38,106 nt of DNA from Halobacteriales archaeon. GTDB lineage: Archaea; Halobacteriota; Halobacteria; Halobacteriales; PXRE01. Shown in pieces: positions 24,815-33,803 of the stretch. The notes beneath the pieces are model-generated. The model had not been told where the DNA came from. It made no database searches and saw nothing but the letters and a program-made list of their open reading frames with translations. Within the stretch, counting starts at the first letter, position 1, and every line of letters begins with the position of its first letter. The stretch lies in NCBI GenBank assembly GCA_036626315.1, contig JAZKSB010000001.1, positions 1-38,106 on the forward strand. Direction: 5' to 3'. Position numbers and translations under genes: made by a program.

Positions 24815-24874
24815 GCGGTCGAGCCTGGGTTGGTATGCCTCCATGCGGTCGAGCCTGGGTTGGTATGCCTCCAT
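24815..24874. repeat. Perfect 30-bp tandem duplication (GCGGTCGAGCCTGGGTTGGTATGCCTCCAT x2)
   Basis: The copies are at 24815-24844 and 24845-24874. It is intergenic and ends 18 nt before the TATATA box at 24892-24897. Confidence 0.92.
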
Positions 24875-24891
24875 GCTGTTGGGTGGCGGTC

Positions 24892-24897
24892 TATATA
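24892..24897 (+). promoter_or_regulatory. TATA box (TATATA) upstream of the metallophosphoesterase gene
   Basis: The sequence is ggtcTATATAgtcc, about 48 nt upstream of ATG 24943. Confidence 0.45.
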
Positions 24898-24942
24898 GTC
24901 CACATAGCGAATCTTATTGCCGACTGGCCGTGACGACGTTGC

Positions 24943-25680
24943 ATGACTGAACAGGACCGGGCGGTCGTCTTCGGTGACATTCACGGCAATTTCCCTGCCC
25001 TGGAGGCCGTGTTCGCCGACGTGGACGAGCGCTGGCCGGAGACGGACCGATACTGTCTCGGGGATCTGGTCGGGTACGGGACCTTTCCCAACGAGGTAGT
25101 CGAGTTCGTCCGCGACCGGTCGATCCCGACGATAGTGGGCAACTACGACGTCGGCGTCGGCGCGAATAGCGACGACTGTGGCTGTGCCTACGAGACCGAG
25201 GCAGAGCAGCGACGCGGGGACCGTTCGATCGCCTGGACGAACGAGGCCATCACCGACGAGAACCGCGCGTACCTCCGGGACCTCCCCGAGCGGATCGAAC
25301 TCGAGCTCGGGGACCTGCGGGTCGTGCTCGTCCACGGCAGCCCCCGCCGGGTCAACGAGTACCTCTACGAGGACCGGCCGGATGCGAGTTTCCAGCGCCT
25401 GCTCGACGCCGTCGAGGCGGACGTGCTCGTCTGTGGCCACACACACCTGCCGTACCACAAGGAACTCCCCGACGGCGGTCACGTGGTCAACGCCGGCAGC
25501 GTCGGCAAACCCAAGGACGGCGACCCCCGGGCGGGGTACGTAGTCCTGGCTGCGGAGGGCGACGAGCTCTCGGTTGAGTTCCGCCGGGTCGAGTACGACG
25601 TCGAGCGGGCGGCGACCGCCATCGAAGCGACCGAGATGCCCGACCCCTTCGCCGAGATGCTCCGGGAGGGGAGCGGATAG
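24943..25680 (+). CDS. Metallophosphoesterase (calcineurin-like, YfcE/MJ0936-type)
   Basis: 245 aa. Calcineurin-like phosphoesterase motifs are present: VVFGDIHGN, GDLVGYG, VGNYD, VHGS and CGHTH. Confidence 0.85.
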   Translation: MTEQDRAVVFGDIHGNFPALEAVFADVDERWPETDRYCLGDLVGYGTFPNEVVEFVRDRSIPTIVGNYDVGVGANSDDCGCAYETEAEQRRGDRSIAWTNEAITDENRAYLRDLPERIELELGDLRVVLVHGSPRRVNEYLYEDRPDASFQRLLDAVEADVLVCGHTHLPYHKELPDGGHVVNAGSVGKPKDGDPRAGYVVLAAEGDELSVEFRRVEYDVERAATAIEATEMPDPFAEMLREGSG

Positions 25681-25877
25681 ACCTACCGGAGCAGGCAGAC
25701 GGCACCGCGGTCGTCCCCTCCCTCGCGGCCGGTCGGTGGGGATGGAGACGAACGTCTCCCGATCGTCGGTCGTGGACGAACCGAGGCGACCCGCGTTCAT
25801 CTCGACTGTCCCGGTTCCGGGGGGTTGGGAACGTCCCACACAGTACAAGCCCCGGCGGACCGAACGTCCCCGTAGAG

Positions 25878-26513
25878 ATGTTCAGTTCGCCACCCTTCGA
25901 GGACCGTACGGACGCCGGGGAACGGCTCGCCGCCGAACTCCGCGATCGGGGGGTCGAGGCGGACCTCGTGCTGGCGATTCCGCGGGGGGCGCTTCCGCTG
26001 GGGCGGGCGGTCGCAGACGGCCTCGACGCGCCGCTGGACGTCGTCGTCGCGAAGAAAGTCGGCGCACCCGGCAACCAGGAGTACGCCATCGGCGCCGTCG
26101 CCAGCGACGGCAGCCTCTGGCGCAACGAGCGGGCCATCCGCCAGACGGGGGCCGACGAGGAGTACTTCGAGCGCGAGCGCGACACCGTCGCGGCGGCGGC
26201 CCGCGAGAAACTCGAACGCTACCGCGGCGAGGGGACGCCGCCGGACGTGGCCGGCAAGACGGTGGTCGTCGTCGACGACGGCGTGGCGACCGGATCGACG
26301 ATGCGGGCCTGCCTGACGCAGGTCCGAAACGGGGGCGCCGAGCGGGTCGTCGTCGCGGTGCCGGTCGGTCCGCCGGACACCGTCGATGAACTCGGGGAAG
26401 TGGCCGACGAGGTGGTCTGTTTAGAGACGCCGCGCAACTTCCGGGGGGTCGGGCAGTTCTACCGGCGGTTCGGCCAGGTCACCGACGAGGAGGCGATGGC
26501 GTATCTGGAGTGA
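25878..26513 (+). CDS. Phosphoribosyltransferase-family protein (type I PRTase fold)
   Basis: 211 aa. It begins FEDRTDAGERLA, has LVLAIPRGALPLG and the PRPP-binding loop VVVVDDGVATGSTM. Confidence 0.8.
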   Translation: MFSSPPFEDRTDAGERLAAELRDRGVEADLVLAIPRGALPLGRAVADGLDAPLDVVVAKKVGAPGNQEYAIGAVASDGSLWRNERAIRQTGADEEYFERERDTVAAAAREKLERYRGEGTPPDVAGKTVVVVDDGVATGSTMRACLTQVRNGGAERVVVAVPVGPPDTVDELGEVADEVVCLETPRNFRGVGQFYRRFGQVTDEEAMAYLE

Positions 26514-26531
26514 GCCGACCCGCCGACCGGT

Positions 26532-26978
26532 TCAGGGCGCGTAGGTCCCGGTCAACTCGGACTCCGCGAGGACGTGGCCCTCCATCGCGGCCTGCAGGTC
26601 GTCTTTCGTCGCGCCCGCCTCGATTGCGGGCTCGGCGTCGAGCGCGTACAGCCGGAACCGGTAGGTGTGGGGCCGGTCCGGCGGGTTCGGGCCGCCGTAG
26701 CCGCGCTCGTCGTAGTCGTTCCGTCCCTCCGTCGCCCCCGTCGCGCTCCAGTCCTCGGGGATCCGGCTCGTGTTCGGGTCGACGTTCCAGACCACCCAGT
26801 GATCCCACACCTTTTCGGCGGGTTCGACGGCGTCGGGGTCGTCCATCACCAGCACGAGCGAGACGGCCCCGTCGGGGACGCCGTCGACGTCAAGCGGTGG
26901 GTTCACGTTCGCCTCCGTGTAGCCGTACTGCTCGGGTATCGGGTCGCCGTCCGAGAACGCCGGGCTCGTCAGTTCCAT
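26532..26978 (-). CDS. YbhB/YbcL-family PEBP (Raf-kinase-inhibitor-like) protein
   Basis: 148 aa. Characteristic segments are MELTSPAFSDGDPIPEQY, LVLVMDDPDA, WDHWVVWN, GYGGPNPPDRPHTYRFRLYALD. Confidence 0.85.
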   Translation of the reverse strand: MELTSPAFSDGDPIPEQYGYTEANVNPPLDVDGVPDGAVSLVLVMDDPDAVEPAEKVWDHWVVWNVDPNTSRIPEDWSATGATEGRNDYDERGYGGPNPPDRPHTYRFRLYALDAEPAIEAGATKDDLQAAMEGHVLAESELTGTYAP

Positions 26979-27106
26979 TGGTTTTCGCCCTCCGGTGGGG
27001 GTAGGGGCGCCGGAACGGAAAAACCGGGGGTCGATCCGGCCGGTGGGCTCCGTCCGGGCGCCCCCGTCCCGAAGGTTGAGGAACCACGGCCCCGAATACC
27101 GAACGC

Positions 27107-28363
27107 ATGGTCGACCCCGTCGCGGATTCGCTGAGCGTGCTGGTGTTGCGTGTCGCCATCGCGTTCGGCATCGGCGCGCTCGTCGGCATGGAGCGCGAGC
27201 AGAGCGAGTCCGGGGGCACCTTCGCCGGGAGCCGGACGTTCCCGCTGTTTGCCCTGCTGGGCGCGCTCGTGCAGGCGTTTTTCCCGTCGCTGCTCCCCGT
27301 CGCGGTGGTCGCGGTCGCGGTCCCGCTGACGGTGGCCTACGCCGGGAAGGTGTACCTGGAGCGGGACATCGGACTCACGACGCTGACGGCGGCGCTGCTC
27401 GTGGTCGTCCTCGGGGCGCTTGCGGCCCACTCCGAACGGGGCGCAATCGTGGCAATCATCGTTGGCGGCGCCGTCACCGCGCTGCTGTCGGCGAAGGACC
27501 CGATCCATACGTTCGCGGACCGCATCGACGACTCCGAGCGCCGTGCCTCGGTGAAGTTCATCATCGTCGTGCTGGTCGTGCTCCCGGTGTTGCCCGACCG
27601 CAAACTCGAGCCGCTGCTGGGGCTCAACCCGCGGTTCGTCTGGCTCATGGTCGTGTTCGTCACCGGGCTCAGTTTCGTGGCCTATGCCCTGAGCCGGACC
27701 GTCGGCGCCCGGCGGGGCATCGCGCTGACGGGCGTGCTCGGCGGGTTCGTCTCCTCGACGGCGACGACGGTCTCGATGGCCGAACGATCCGAGGAGACGC
27801 CGTCGCTGTACCGGGTGTCCGCGTTCGCGACGGTCGTCGCCTCCATCGTGATGTTCCCCCGGGCGCTCGTGGAGGTCGCGGTCGTCAACCGGTCGCTGTT
27901 GCCGCTGGTGGCGGTGCCGCTGGGGGCGATGACGCTGTTCGGCGCCGCCGTCGCGGCGGTCGTCTACTGGCGTGCGGCCGCCGCCGAGCGCGTCGAACCC
28001 CCCGTCCAGAACCCGTTCCGCCTGCGCCCGGCGCTGTTTTTCGGGGCGGTGTTCGCCGTCGTACTGCTGGTCTCGGAGTACGCCAACGCCTGGCTCGGGG
28101 CCTCGGGGGTGTACGCGACGGCGTTCGTCTCCGGGCTGGCCGACGTCGACGCGATCACGCTTACGCTGAGCCGGCTCGCCGCCGAGGGCGAGATATCTGC
28201 CGGCGTCGCGTCGACGGGCATCGTCGTCGGTGCCGTCGCGAACACGCTCGTGAAAGCGGGGCTGGCGTGGCTGCTCGGGACCCGGCAACTCGCGCGCCTC
28301 GTGACGGTCGTCCTCGTGACAGTCTCGGCGGTCGGAGTGCTGTTCGTCGTCGTGCTCGTGTGA
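27107..28363 (+). CDS. MgtC/SapB-family N-terminal domain plus DUF4010 integral membrane protein
   Basis: 418 aa and polytopic. The N-terminal LRVAIAFGIGALVGMEREQ matches the MgtC-type motif. Confidence 0.75.
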   Translation: MVDPVADSLSVLVLRVAIAFGIGALVGMEREQSESGGTFAGSRTFPLFALLGALVQAFFPSLLPVAVVAVAVPLTVAYAGKVYLERDIGLTTLTAALLVVVLGALAAHSERGAIVAIIVGGAVTALLSAKDPIHTFADRIDDSERRASVKFIIVVLVVLPVLPDRKLEPLLGLNPRFVWLMVVFVTGLSFVAYALSRTVGARRGIALTGVLGGFVSSTATTVSMAERSEETPSLYRVSAFATVVASIVMFPRALVEVAVVNRSLLPLVAVPLGAMTLFGAAVAAVVYWRAAAAERVEPPVQNPFRLRPALFFGAVFAVVLLVSEYANAWLGASGVYATAFVSGLADVDAITLTLSRLAAEGEISAGVASTGIVVGAVANTLVKAGLAWLLGTRQLARLVTVVLVTVSAVGVLFVVVLV

Positions 28364-28387
28364 TCCCGCCTGCGTTCGGGGGCGTCG

Positions 28388-29017
28388 CTATAGGGTCGCC
28401 CTGATGCCGACGAACGACCCGTCGCCGTAGCCGTCCTCGACGGGTTCCGGCTCGTCTATCTCCTCGATCCACTCGAAGACCGTCTGGACGAACTCGAACT
28501 CCTCGAAGCCGGCGGCCTCCAGTTGATCGACCAGTTCGTCCGTCGAGACGAACGTCGCGTCCCGGTAGAACGGGTTTTCGTCCTTGTTCTCCTGGTAGAT
28601 TCGGCCGACGGGGCTCTCCCGGTCGATGTAACCCATCACCAGCGCGCCGTCGGGGGCCAGCACCCGGCGGGCCTCCCGGAGCGACCGCGTGATGTCGTCG
28701 ACGAAGCAGACTGTCGTGACCATCAGCGCGGTGTCGAACGCGCCGTCAGCGAACGGGAGTTCCTCCGCGACGCCCCGGACCACGTCGATGTCCCGGGCGC
28801 GGGCGCGTTCGAGCATCGCCTTTGCGGGGTCGACCCCCACCTCGATGCCCAGCGGCTCCGCGAACTGTCCGCTGCCAACGCCGAGTTCGACGCCCAGGCC
28901 CGCCTCGGGAACCAGTCGTTCCAGGGCGTCCAGTTCCGAGCGGTAGACCGGCTCGAAGTGGTCGAACCATGCGTCGTATCGGTCGGTGTGTTCCTCGAAG
29001 GGCGCCGATTTGGGCAT
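28388..29017 (-). CDS. Class I SAM-dependent methyltransferase
   Basis: 209 aa. SAM motif I is GVELGVGSGQF and the acidic loop is followed by PFADGAFD. It lies 92 nt downstream of hypF on the same strand. Confidence 0.8.
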   Translation of the reverse strand: MPKSAPFEEHTDRYDAWFDHFEPVYRSELDALERLVPEAGLGVELGVGSGQFAEPLGIEVGVDPAKAMLERARARDIDVVRGVAEELPFADGAFDTALMVTTVCFVDDITRSLREARRVLAPDGALVMGYIDRESPVGRIYQENKDENPFYRDATFVSTDELVDQLEAAGFEEFEFVQTVFEWIEEIDEPEPVEDGYGDGSFVGIRATL

Positions 29018-29109
29018 ACCAACCGTTGGGCCGAGCGGGCTTTACGAGTACCGCCGGAGTGCCGTCCGTGGCGCGCGGGAACGCTCCCGATCGGGTCGGT
29101 GCCCCGCGG

Positions 29110-31434
29110 TCAGTTCCCGTCCGCCAGCCGCGCTGACGCGACGACTGCCTGCCCGTAGGAGACCCCGCCGTCCCCCGGCGGGACCTGGTCGTGGCCGAGA
29201 AACTCCAGACCCGCCGCCCGGACTCGCTCGCGCAGGCGTCGGGTGATGGCGTCGTTGTAGGCGACGCCGCCGGAGAACCCGACCGTCTCGATGCCGCGGG
29301 TATCGGCGGTCTCGACGGCGATCTCGGCCAGGCCGTCGGCCAGCGCGCGCTGGGCGGTCGCGGCGACGTCGGCGGCGGGACTGTCGTCGGCGAGGTCGGC
29401 GAGGTCCCGTGCGAGGTCCGCAACGTCGACGACCCGCTCGCCGTCCCGGGTCGCGAACGGCACATCGTACTCGATGGGGGTCCCCTCGGCAGCCGCCGCT
29501 TCCAGGCGCATCGCCGGCTCGCCCTCGTAGGAGCGCTCGGTGGCGACGCCGAGGAGCGCACTCGTCGCGTCCAGGAACCGGCCGGCGCTGGAGGTCCGCG
29601 GACTGTTCACGCCGCGGTCGAGTTGTCGCCGGACGACCGCCGCGTCGTCGGCGCCGTCGACCACCTCGCGTTCGACCAGCAGGTCGTCGATCCGGTCGGG
29701 GTCGTCGAGCAGGCTCGCGAGAATGCGGGCCGGTCGCTCGATGGCGGCTTCCCCGCCCGGGAGTCGGAAGGTGTCGAGTCCACCCACCCGCTCGTAGTCG
29801 GCCAGTCCGGCGTCGAGCACCTCGCCGCCCCAGACGGTGCCGTCTGGCCCGTAGCCGGTGCCGTCGGCGGCGACGACGACTGCGCGCTCCCGACCGTGTT
29901 CGGCCAGCAAACTCGCGGCGTGGGCGTGGTGGTGCTGGACCGCTTCCGGTCCGTCGAGTCCCCGGTCGGCCAGTCGCTCGGCCTCCCCGGTCGTCTCGAA
30001 GCCGGGGTGCAGGTCGCAGGCGACGACTGCCGGGTCGGCGCCGGTGACGTCCGCGAGGTGCTCGCGGGCCGTCCGGTGGAACGACAGCGTCTCCGGGCCG
30101 TCGACGTCGCCGACGTACTGGGAGTGGATCACCTCGCCGTCGCGGGCCAGCGCCACCGTCACGTCGAACTCCGGACCGACCGCGACGACCTCCGGCGCCC
30201 CCTCGCCGCCCGTCCGGGGCAGCGACTCGGGGACCCACCCGCGGGAGCGCCGGACGAACCGCCGCCCGCCGGCGATCACCCGGGCGACGCTGTCGTCGGC
30301 GCGGGCGACGATTTCCCGGTCGTGGACGAGTGCGGCGTCGACCACGCCACCCAGGCGGTCCAGGATCGTTGCCTCGGTCGTCGCCATCGGACGGCCGGGC
30401 AGATTCGCGCTGGTCATCACGAGCGGCCCGTCGACGTGGTCGAACAGGAGGTGGTGCAGCCCCGAATAGGGAAGCATGACGCCGACGGTGTGTAACCCCG
30501 GGGCCACGGCGTCGAGCCAGGGCCGGTCGCCGTCAGTCTCCAGCAGCATGATGGGCCGGCGGACGTCGGTGAGGTGCTCGTGCTCGGTCCCGGAGACGGC
30601 GGCGAATGACTCCACGGCGGCGACGTCCGGCGCCATCACGGCGAACGGCTTCGCCGGGCGGCCCGTCCGATCCCGGAGCCTCGCGACGACCTCGGGGTCG
30701 GTCGCGTCGGCGGCCAAGTGGGATCCGCCGACCCCTTTGACGGCGACGATGTCGCCGCCCGCCAGACGCTCGCCGGTTTCCCGGATCGCGTCCCGGCGGG
30801 TCGCGAGTTGCTCGCCGCCGGGGTCCAGAAGCGTCAGCGTCGGCCCGCACTCCGGGCAGGCGATGGTCTGGGCGTGGTAGCGCCGGTCGGCGGGGTCCTC
30901 GTACTCTCCGCGGCAGTCGTCGCACATCGGGAACTCGTCCATCGAGGTGCGCGGCCGGTCGTAGGGCAGGTCCCGGATGACCGTAAAGCGGGGACCGCAG
31001 TCGACGCAGGCGGTCGCCCAGTAGCCGTGGTACCGCGAGTCGGGGTCGCGCATGTCCGCCAGGCAGGCGCCGCACATCCCGGTGTCCGGGGGGATGGTTC
31101 CGGACCCGCCCTCGGCCGACGCCGAGCGGACGATCTCGAACTCCTCGTAGCCCTCCGGGTCGCCCCGCTCGACGTCGACCGACTCGATGCGGGCGAGCGG
31201 CGGCGGGTCCGTCCGAAGTTCGGTGAGGAACCCGTCGACCGCCTCGGGGTCGCCCTCCAGGGTGATCGCCACGCCGGCGTCGCCGAGATTCTTCACCCGG
31301 CCGGTGAGGTCCCGCGCGACCGCGGTCCGGTAGACGAACGGTCGGAAGCCGACCCCCTGCACGACGCCGTCGACGCGCACCTCCGCGCGAACTGAATCTG
31401 ACTCCCCGGGAGCGTCGTCGGATAGTCCTGCCAT
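29110..31434 (-). CDS. hypF: [NiFe] hydrogenase maturation carbamoyltransferase HypF
   Basis: 774 aa. It has an acylphosphatase domain (VRVDGVVQGVGFRPFVYR), two CxxC-x18-CxxC zinc fingers (CGACLADM...CVDCGPRF; CDDCRGEY...CPECGP), a YrdC-like domain and a Kae1-like domain. Confidence 0.93.
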   Translation of the reverse strand: MAGLSDDAPGESDSVRAEVRVDGVVQGVGFRPFVYRTAVARDLTGRVKNLGDAGVAITLEGDPEAVDGFLTELRTDPPPLARIESVDVERGDPEGYEEFEIVRSASAEGGSGTIPPDTGMCGACLADMRDPDSRYHGYWATACVDCGPRFTVIRDLPYDRPRTSMDEFPMCDDCRGEYEDPADRRYHAQTIACPECGPTLTLLDPGGEQLATRRDAIRETGERLAGGDIVAVKGVGGSHLAADATDPEVVARLRDRTGRPAKPFAVMAPDVAAVESFAAVSGTEHEHLTDVRRPIMLLETDGDRPWLDAVAPGLHTVGVMLPYSGLHHLLFDHVDGPLVMTSANLPGRPMATTEATILDRLGGVVDAALVHDREIVARADDSVARVIAGGRRFVRRSRGWVPESLPRTGGEGAPEVVAVGPEFDVTVALARDGEVIHSQYVGDVDGPETLSFHRTAREHLADVTGADPAVVACDLHPGFETTGEAERLADRGLDGPEAVQHHHAHAASLLAEHGRERAVVVAADGTGYGPDGTVWGGEVLDAGLADYERVGGLDTFRLPGGEAAIERPARILASLLDDPDRIDDLLVEREVVDGADDAAVVRRQLDRGVNSPRTSSAGRFLDATSALLGVATERSYEGEPAMRLEAAAAEGTPIEYDVPFATRDGERVVDVADLARDLADLADDSPAADVAATAQRALADGLAEIAVETADTRGIETVGFSGGVAYNDAITRRLRERVRAAGLEFLGHDQVPPGDGGVSYGQAVVASARLADGN

Positions 31435-31443
31435 CGCCGGGGT

Positions 31444-32319
31444 TTATGCGTCGTCCGTCGTCGCAGTCGCGTCCCTGACGTGGTCGGCGTGGACGTGCCC
31501 CCGCTCGCGACGGTCGGCGAGAAACGCCGCGAGGTCCGCCACCCCAGCGCCGGTCTTTGCGCTCGTCCGGAACACCGTCATCTCCGGAGCGATGTCGGCC
31601 ACGTCGTCGATCATCCGGCCGACGTCCGCGTCGACCGCTTCCGCGATGTCGACCTTGTTCACGACCGCGGCGTCACAGGCCTGGAACAGCAGCGGATGTT
31701 TCCGGACCACGTCGTCGCCCTCGGTGGTCGAGACGACCAGGACCCGGGCCTGGGCGCCCAGCGGGAAGTCCGCCGGACAGACCATGTTGCCGACGTTCTC
31801 CAGGTAGAGCCGGTCGAGGTCGCCGAGGTCGAACGCGTCCAGCGCCCCCTCCACCAGGCCGGGGTCGAGGTGGCACTCCTTGCCCGTGTTGATCGTGGTG
31901 ACGGCGACGCCGTGTTTGCGGAGGCGCTCGGCGTCGTCCTCGCCGGCCACGTCGCCCACGATCACCCCGACCCGTTCCCCGTCCGGCCCCCGTTCGAGGA
32001 GCCGTTCGATGAGCCTGGTCTTGCCGCTGCCGGTGGCGCCTAGCAGTTCCGCGACGAAGATCCCCTCCTCGTGGACGAGCCGGTCGTGCAGTTCCCCGGC
32101 CTGCTGGCGGTAGGCGGCGAGTACGTCCCCTTCCCCGGCATCGACTGCGACGCTCTCGTCGCCGTGGTCGTGGTCGTGGCCGGTTCGGTGGGTCCGGAAC
32201 GGACCCCCCCTCTCGTCCCGGGCGGCGACGCGCCCGAACAGGCGCGACAGCACCGCCCGGAGGTCGACGGGGCCGTGGTCAAGGGTCGGTACGATCTGGC
32301 GTGACGGCTGGTGGATCAT
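31444..32319 (-). CDS. hypB: Hydrogenase nickel-incorporation GTPase HypB
   Basis: 291 aa. It has a His-rich N-terminal segment (HRTGHDHDHGDE), a P-loop GATGSGKT, and the ENVGNMVCP and NKVD motifs. The start overlaps the hypA stop in ATGA. Confidence 0.9.
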   Translation of the reverse strand: MIHQPSRQIVPTLDHGPVDLRAVLSRLFGRVAARDERGGPFRTHRTGHDHDHGDESVAVDAGEGDVLAAYRQQAGELHDRLVHEEGIFVAELLGATGSGKTRLIERLLERGPDGERVGVIVGDVAGEDDAERLRKHGVAVTTINTGKECHLDPGLVEGALDAFDLGDLDRLYLENVGNMVCPADFPLGAQARVLVVSTTEGDDVVRKHPLLFQACDAAVVNKVDIAEAVDADVGRMIDDVADIAPEMTVFRTSAKTGAGVADLAAFLADRRERGHVHADHVRDATATTDDA

Positions 32320-32723
32320 TCTGCGTCTCCGGGTGTGGTGTCGGTCGGTTCGGCGGTCGCGGCTGCCGGCACGTCGATGCGTTCGAGCCGGCAGCCACGG
32401 CCGCGGATCAGTTCCACGCGATCGCCACAGGACGGACAGAGCGGGTCCGGAACGAACACGGCGGCGTCGTCGAGGGTTTCCGGCTCGCCCGTCCAGCCGC
32501 AGTCACACCGTGCACACGGGGTGACCATCTCGACCTCGACGGTGGCGTCCGCCGCTGGAGTCCCCTCCGCGACGGTGCGAACACAGAACACGAGCTGGTC
32601 CGGGTTGAGGTGTGTCGCCCGACCGACGGCCAGGGTGAGCTCGTCGATGCGAGCAGCGTCGTGGTCCGCCGCGGCCTCGACGGCCCGTTCGACCAACTCC
32701 TGTGCGACGCTGAGTTCGTGCAT
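32316..32723 (-). CDS. hypA: Hydrogenase nickel insertion metallochaperone HypA
   Basis: 135 aa. It has the N-terminal MHE nickel motif and a zinc site built from CARC...CPSC. Confidence 0.9.
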   Translation of the reverse strand: MHELSVAQELVERAVEAAADHDAARIDELTLAVGRATHLNPDQLVFCVRTVAEGTPAADATVEVEMVTPCARCDCGWTGEPETLDDAAVFVPDPLCPSCGDRVELIRGRGCRLERIDVPAAATAEPTDTTPGDAE

Positions 32724-32724
32724 G

Positions 32725-33801
32725 TCAGCAGATCCGTGGGAGCTGTTCGCCGTCGGGTTCGCTCAGGTATCGCCGACCGATTCCGGTGTCCAGCACGACG
32801 CGCCCGGCGTGGTCCTCGGTGGCCTTTCCGACGATGGCGGCTTCGCTCCCCAGGGGGTGTTCGCGCATGGCCGCGAGCACGGCCTCGGCGTCGTCGTCGT
32901 CGACGCCGAACACGACCTTGCCCTCGTTGGCGACGTCGAGGGGCTCGATGCCCAGGACCTCGCCCGCGGCGGCGACGCTGCCGTCGACCGGTAGCTGCCG
33001 CTCGTCGAGTTCGACGCCGACATTCGCTTTCGCGGCCATCTCGTTTATCGCGGTCGCGAACCCGCCCCGCGTCGGGTCCTTCATGGCGGTCACCTCCCCG
33101 GCGTCAAGCGCCGCCCGGACAAGGCCGTTGACCGGCGCGACGTCGCTCTCCAGGCCGCCCTCGAAGTCGAACCCCTCTCGGGCCGAGAGTAGCGCGATGC
33201 CGTGGTCGCCGAGAGTGCCCGACACGAGGATGCGGTCCCCCGGGCAGAGCCCAGCGTCGGGGACGTGCGAATGGCGGGGAATGAGGCCAACGCCGGCGGT
33301 GTTGACGGCGATCCCGTCGAGTTCGCCGTTCCCCATCACCTTCGTGTCGCCTGCGACGACGTCACAGCCCGCGGCCCCGCAGGTCCCCCGGACGGATTCG
33401 GTGATCCGGTCGAGGAACGAGACGGCGATGCCTTCCTCGACGATCAGCGAGAACGTCATTGCCGCCGGCTCGGTCGCACCCATTACCGCCAGATCGTTGA
33501 CGGTGCCGGCGACCGCCAGGCGGCCGATGTCGCCGCCGGGGAACTCCGGCGGGGTGACGACGTGACTGTCGGTCGTGAGGGCCATCGATCGCTCGTCGTC
33601 GACCGGCAGAACGGCCCCGTCGTCGAGCGCGGAAAGCCCCACGTCGGCGTCGCCGTTTCCGGGGAATCGGTCGACGACCAGCGACTCGACCAGTTCCCGC
33701 ATCTTCGCGCCGCCGCTGCCGTGGGCGGTCGTAACGACCTCGCCGGCCGTCCGGTCCGTTTCCGCGTCGGTCCCGCTCTCCGATCCGTCGGTGTCGTTCA
33801 T
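32725..33801 (-). CDS. hypE: Hydrogenase maturation protein HypE (carbamoyl dehydratase)
   Basis: 358 aa from internal Met97 of ORF 32725..34089 (MNDTDGSES...). It has the AIR-synthase-like fold pattern and ends in the diagnostic PRIC. It starts 2 nt after the hypD stop. Confidence 0.92.
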   Translation of the reverse strand: MNDTDGSESGTDAETDRTAGEVVTTAHGSGGAKMRELVESLVVDRFPGNGDADVGLSALDDGAVLPVDDERSMALTTDSHVVTPPEFPGGDIGRLAVAGTVNDLAVMGATEPAAMTFSLIVEEGIAVSFLDRITESVRGTCGAAGCDVVAGDTKVMGNGELDGIAVNTAGVGLIPRHSHVPDAGLCPGDRILVSGTLGDHGIALLSAREGFDFEGGLESDVAPVNGLVRAALDAGEVTAMKDPTRGGFATAINEMAAKANVGVELDERQLPVDGSVAAAGEVLGIEPLDVANEGKVVFGVDDDDAEAVLAAMREHPLGSEAAIVGKATEDHAGRVVLDTGIGRRYLSEPDGEQLPRIC

Positions 33802-33803
33802 GG

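Noticed and set aside
22274-24874. Possibility that the 45-bp and 30-bp direct repeats are CRISPR arrays
   Set aside because: The units are directly adjacent with no unique spacers, there are only 2-3 copies, and no cas genes or leader are present. They are tandem duplications, not CRISPRs.
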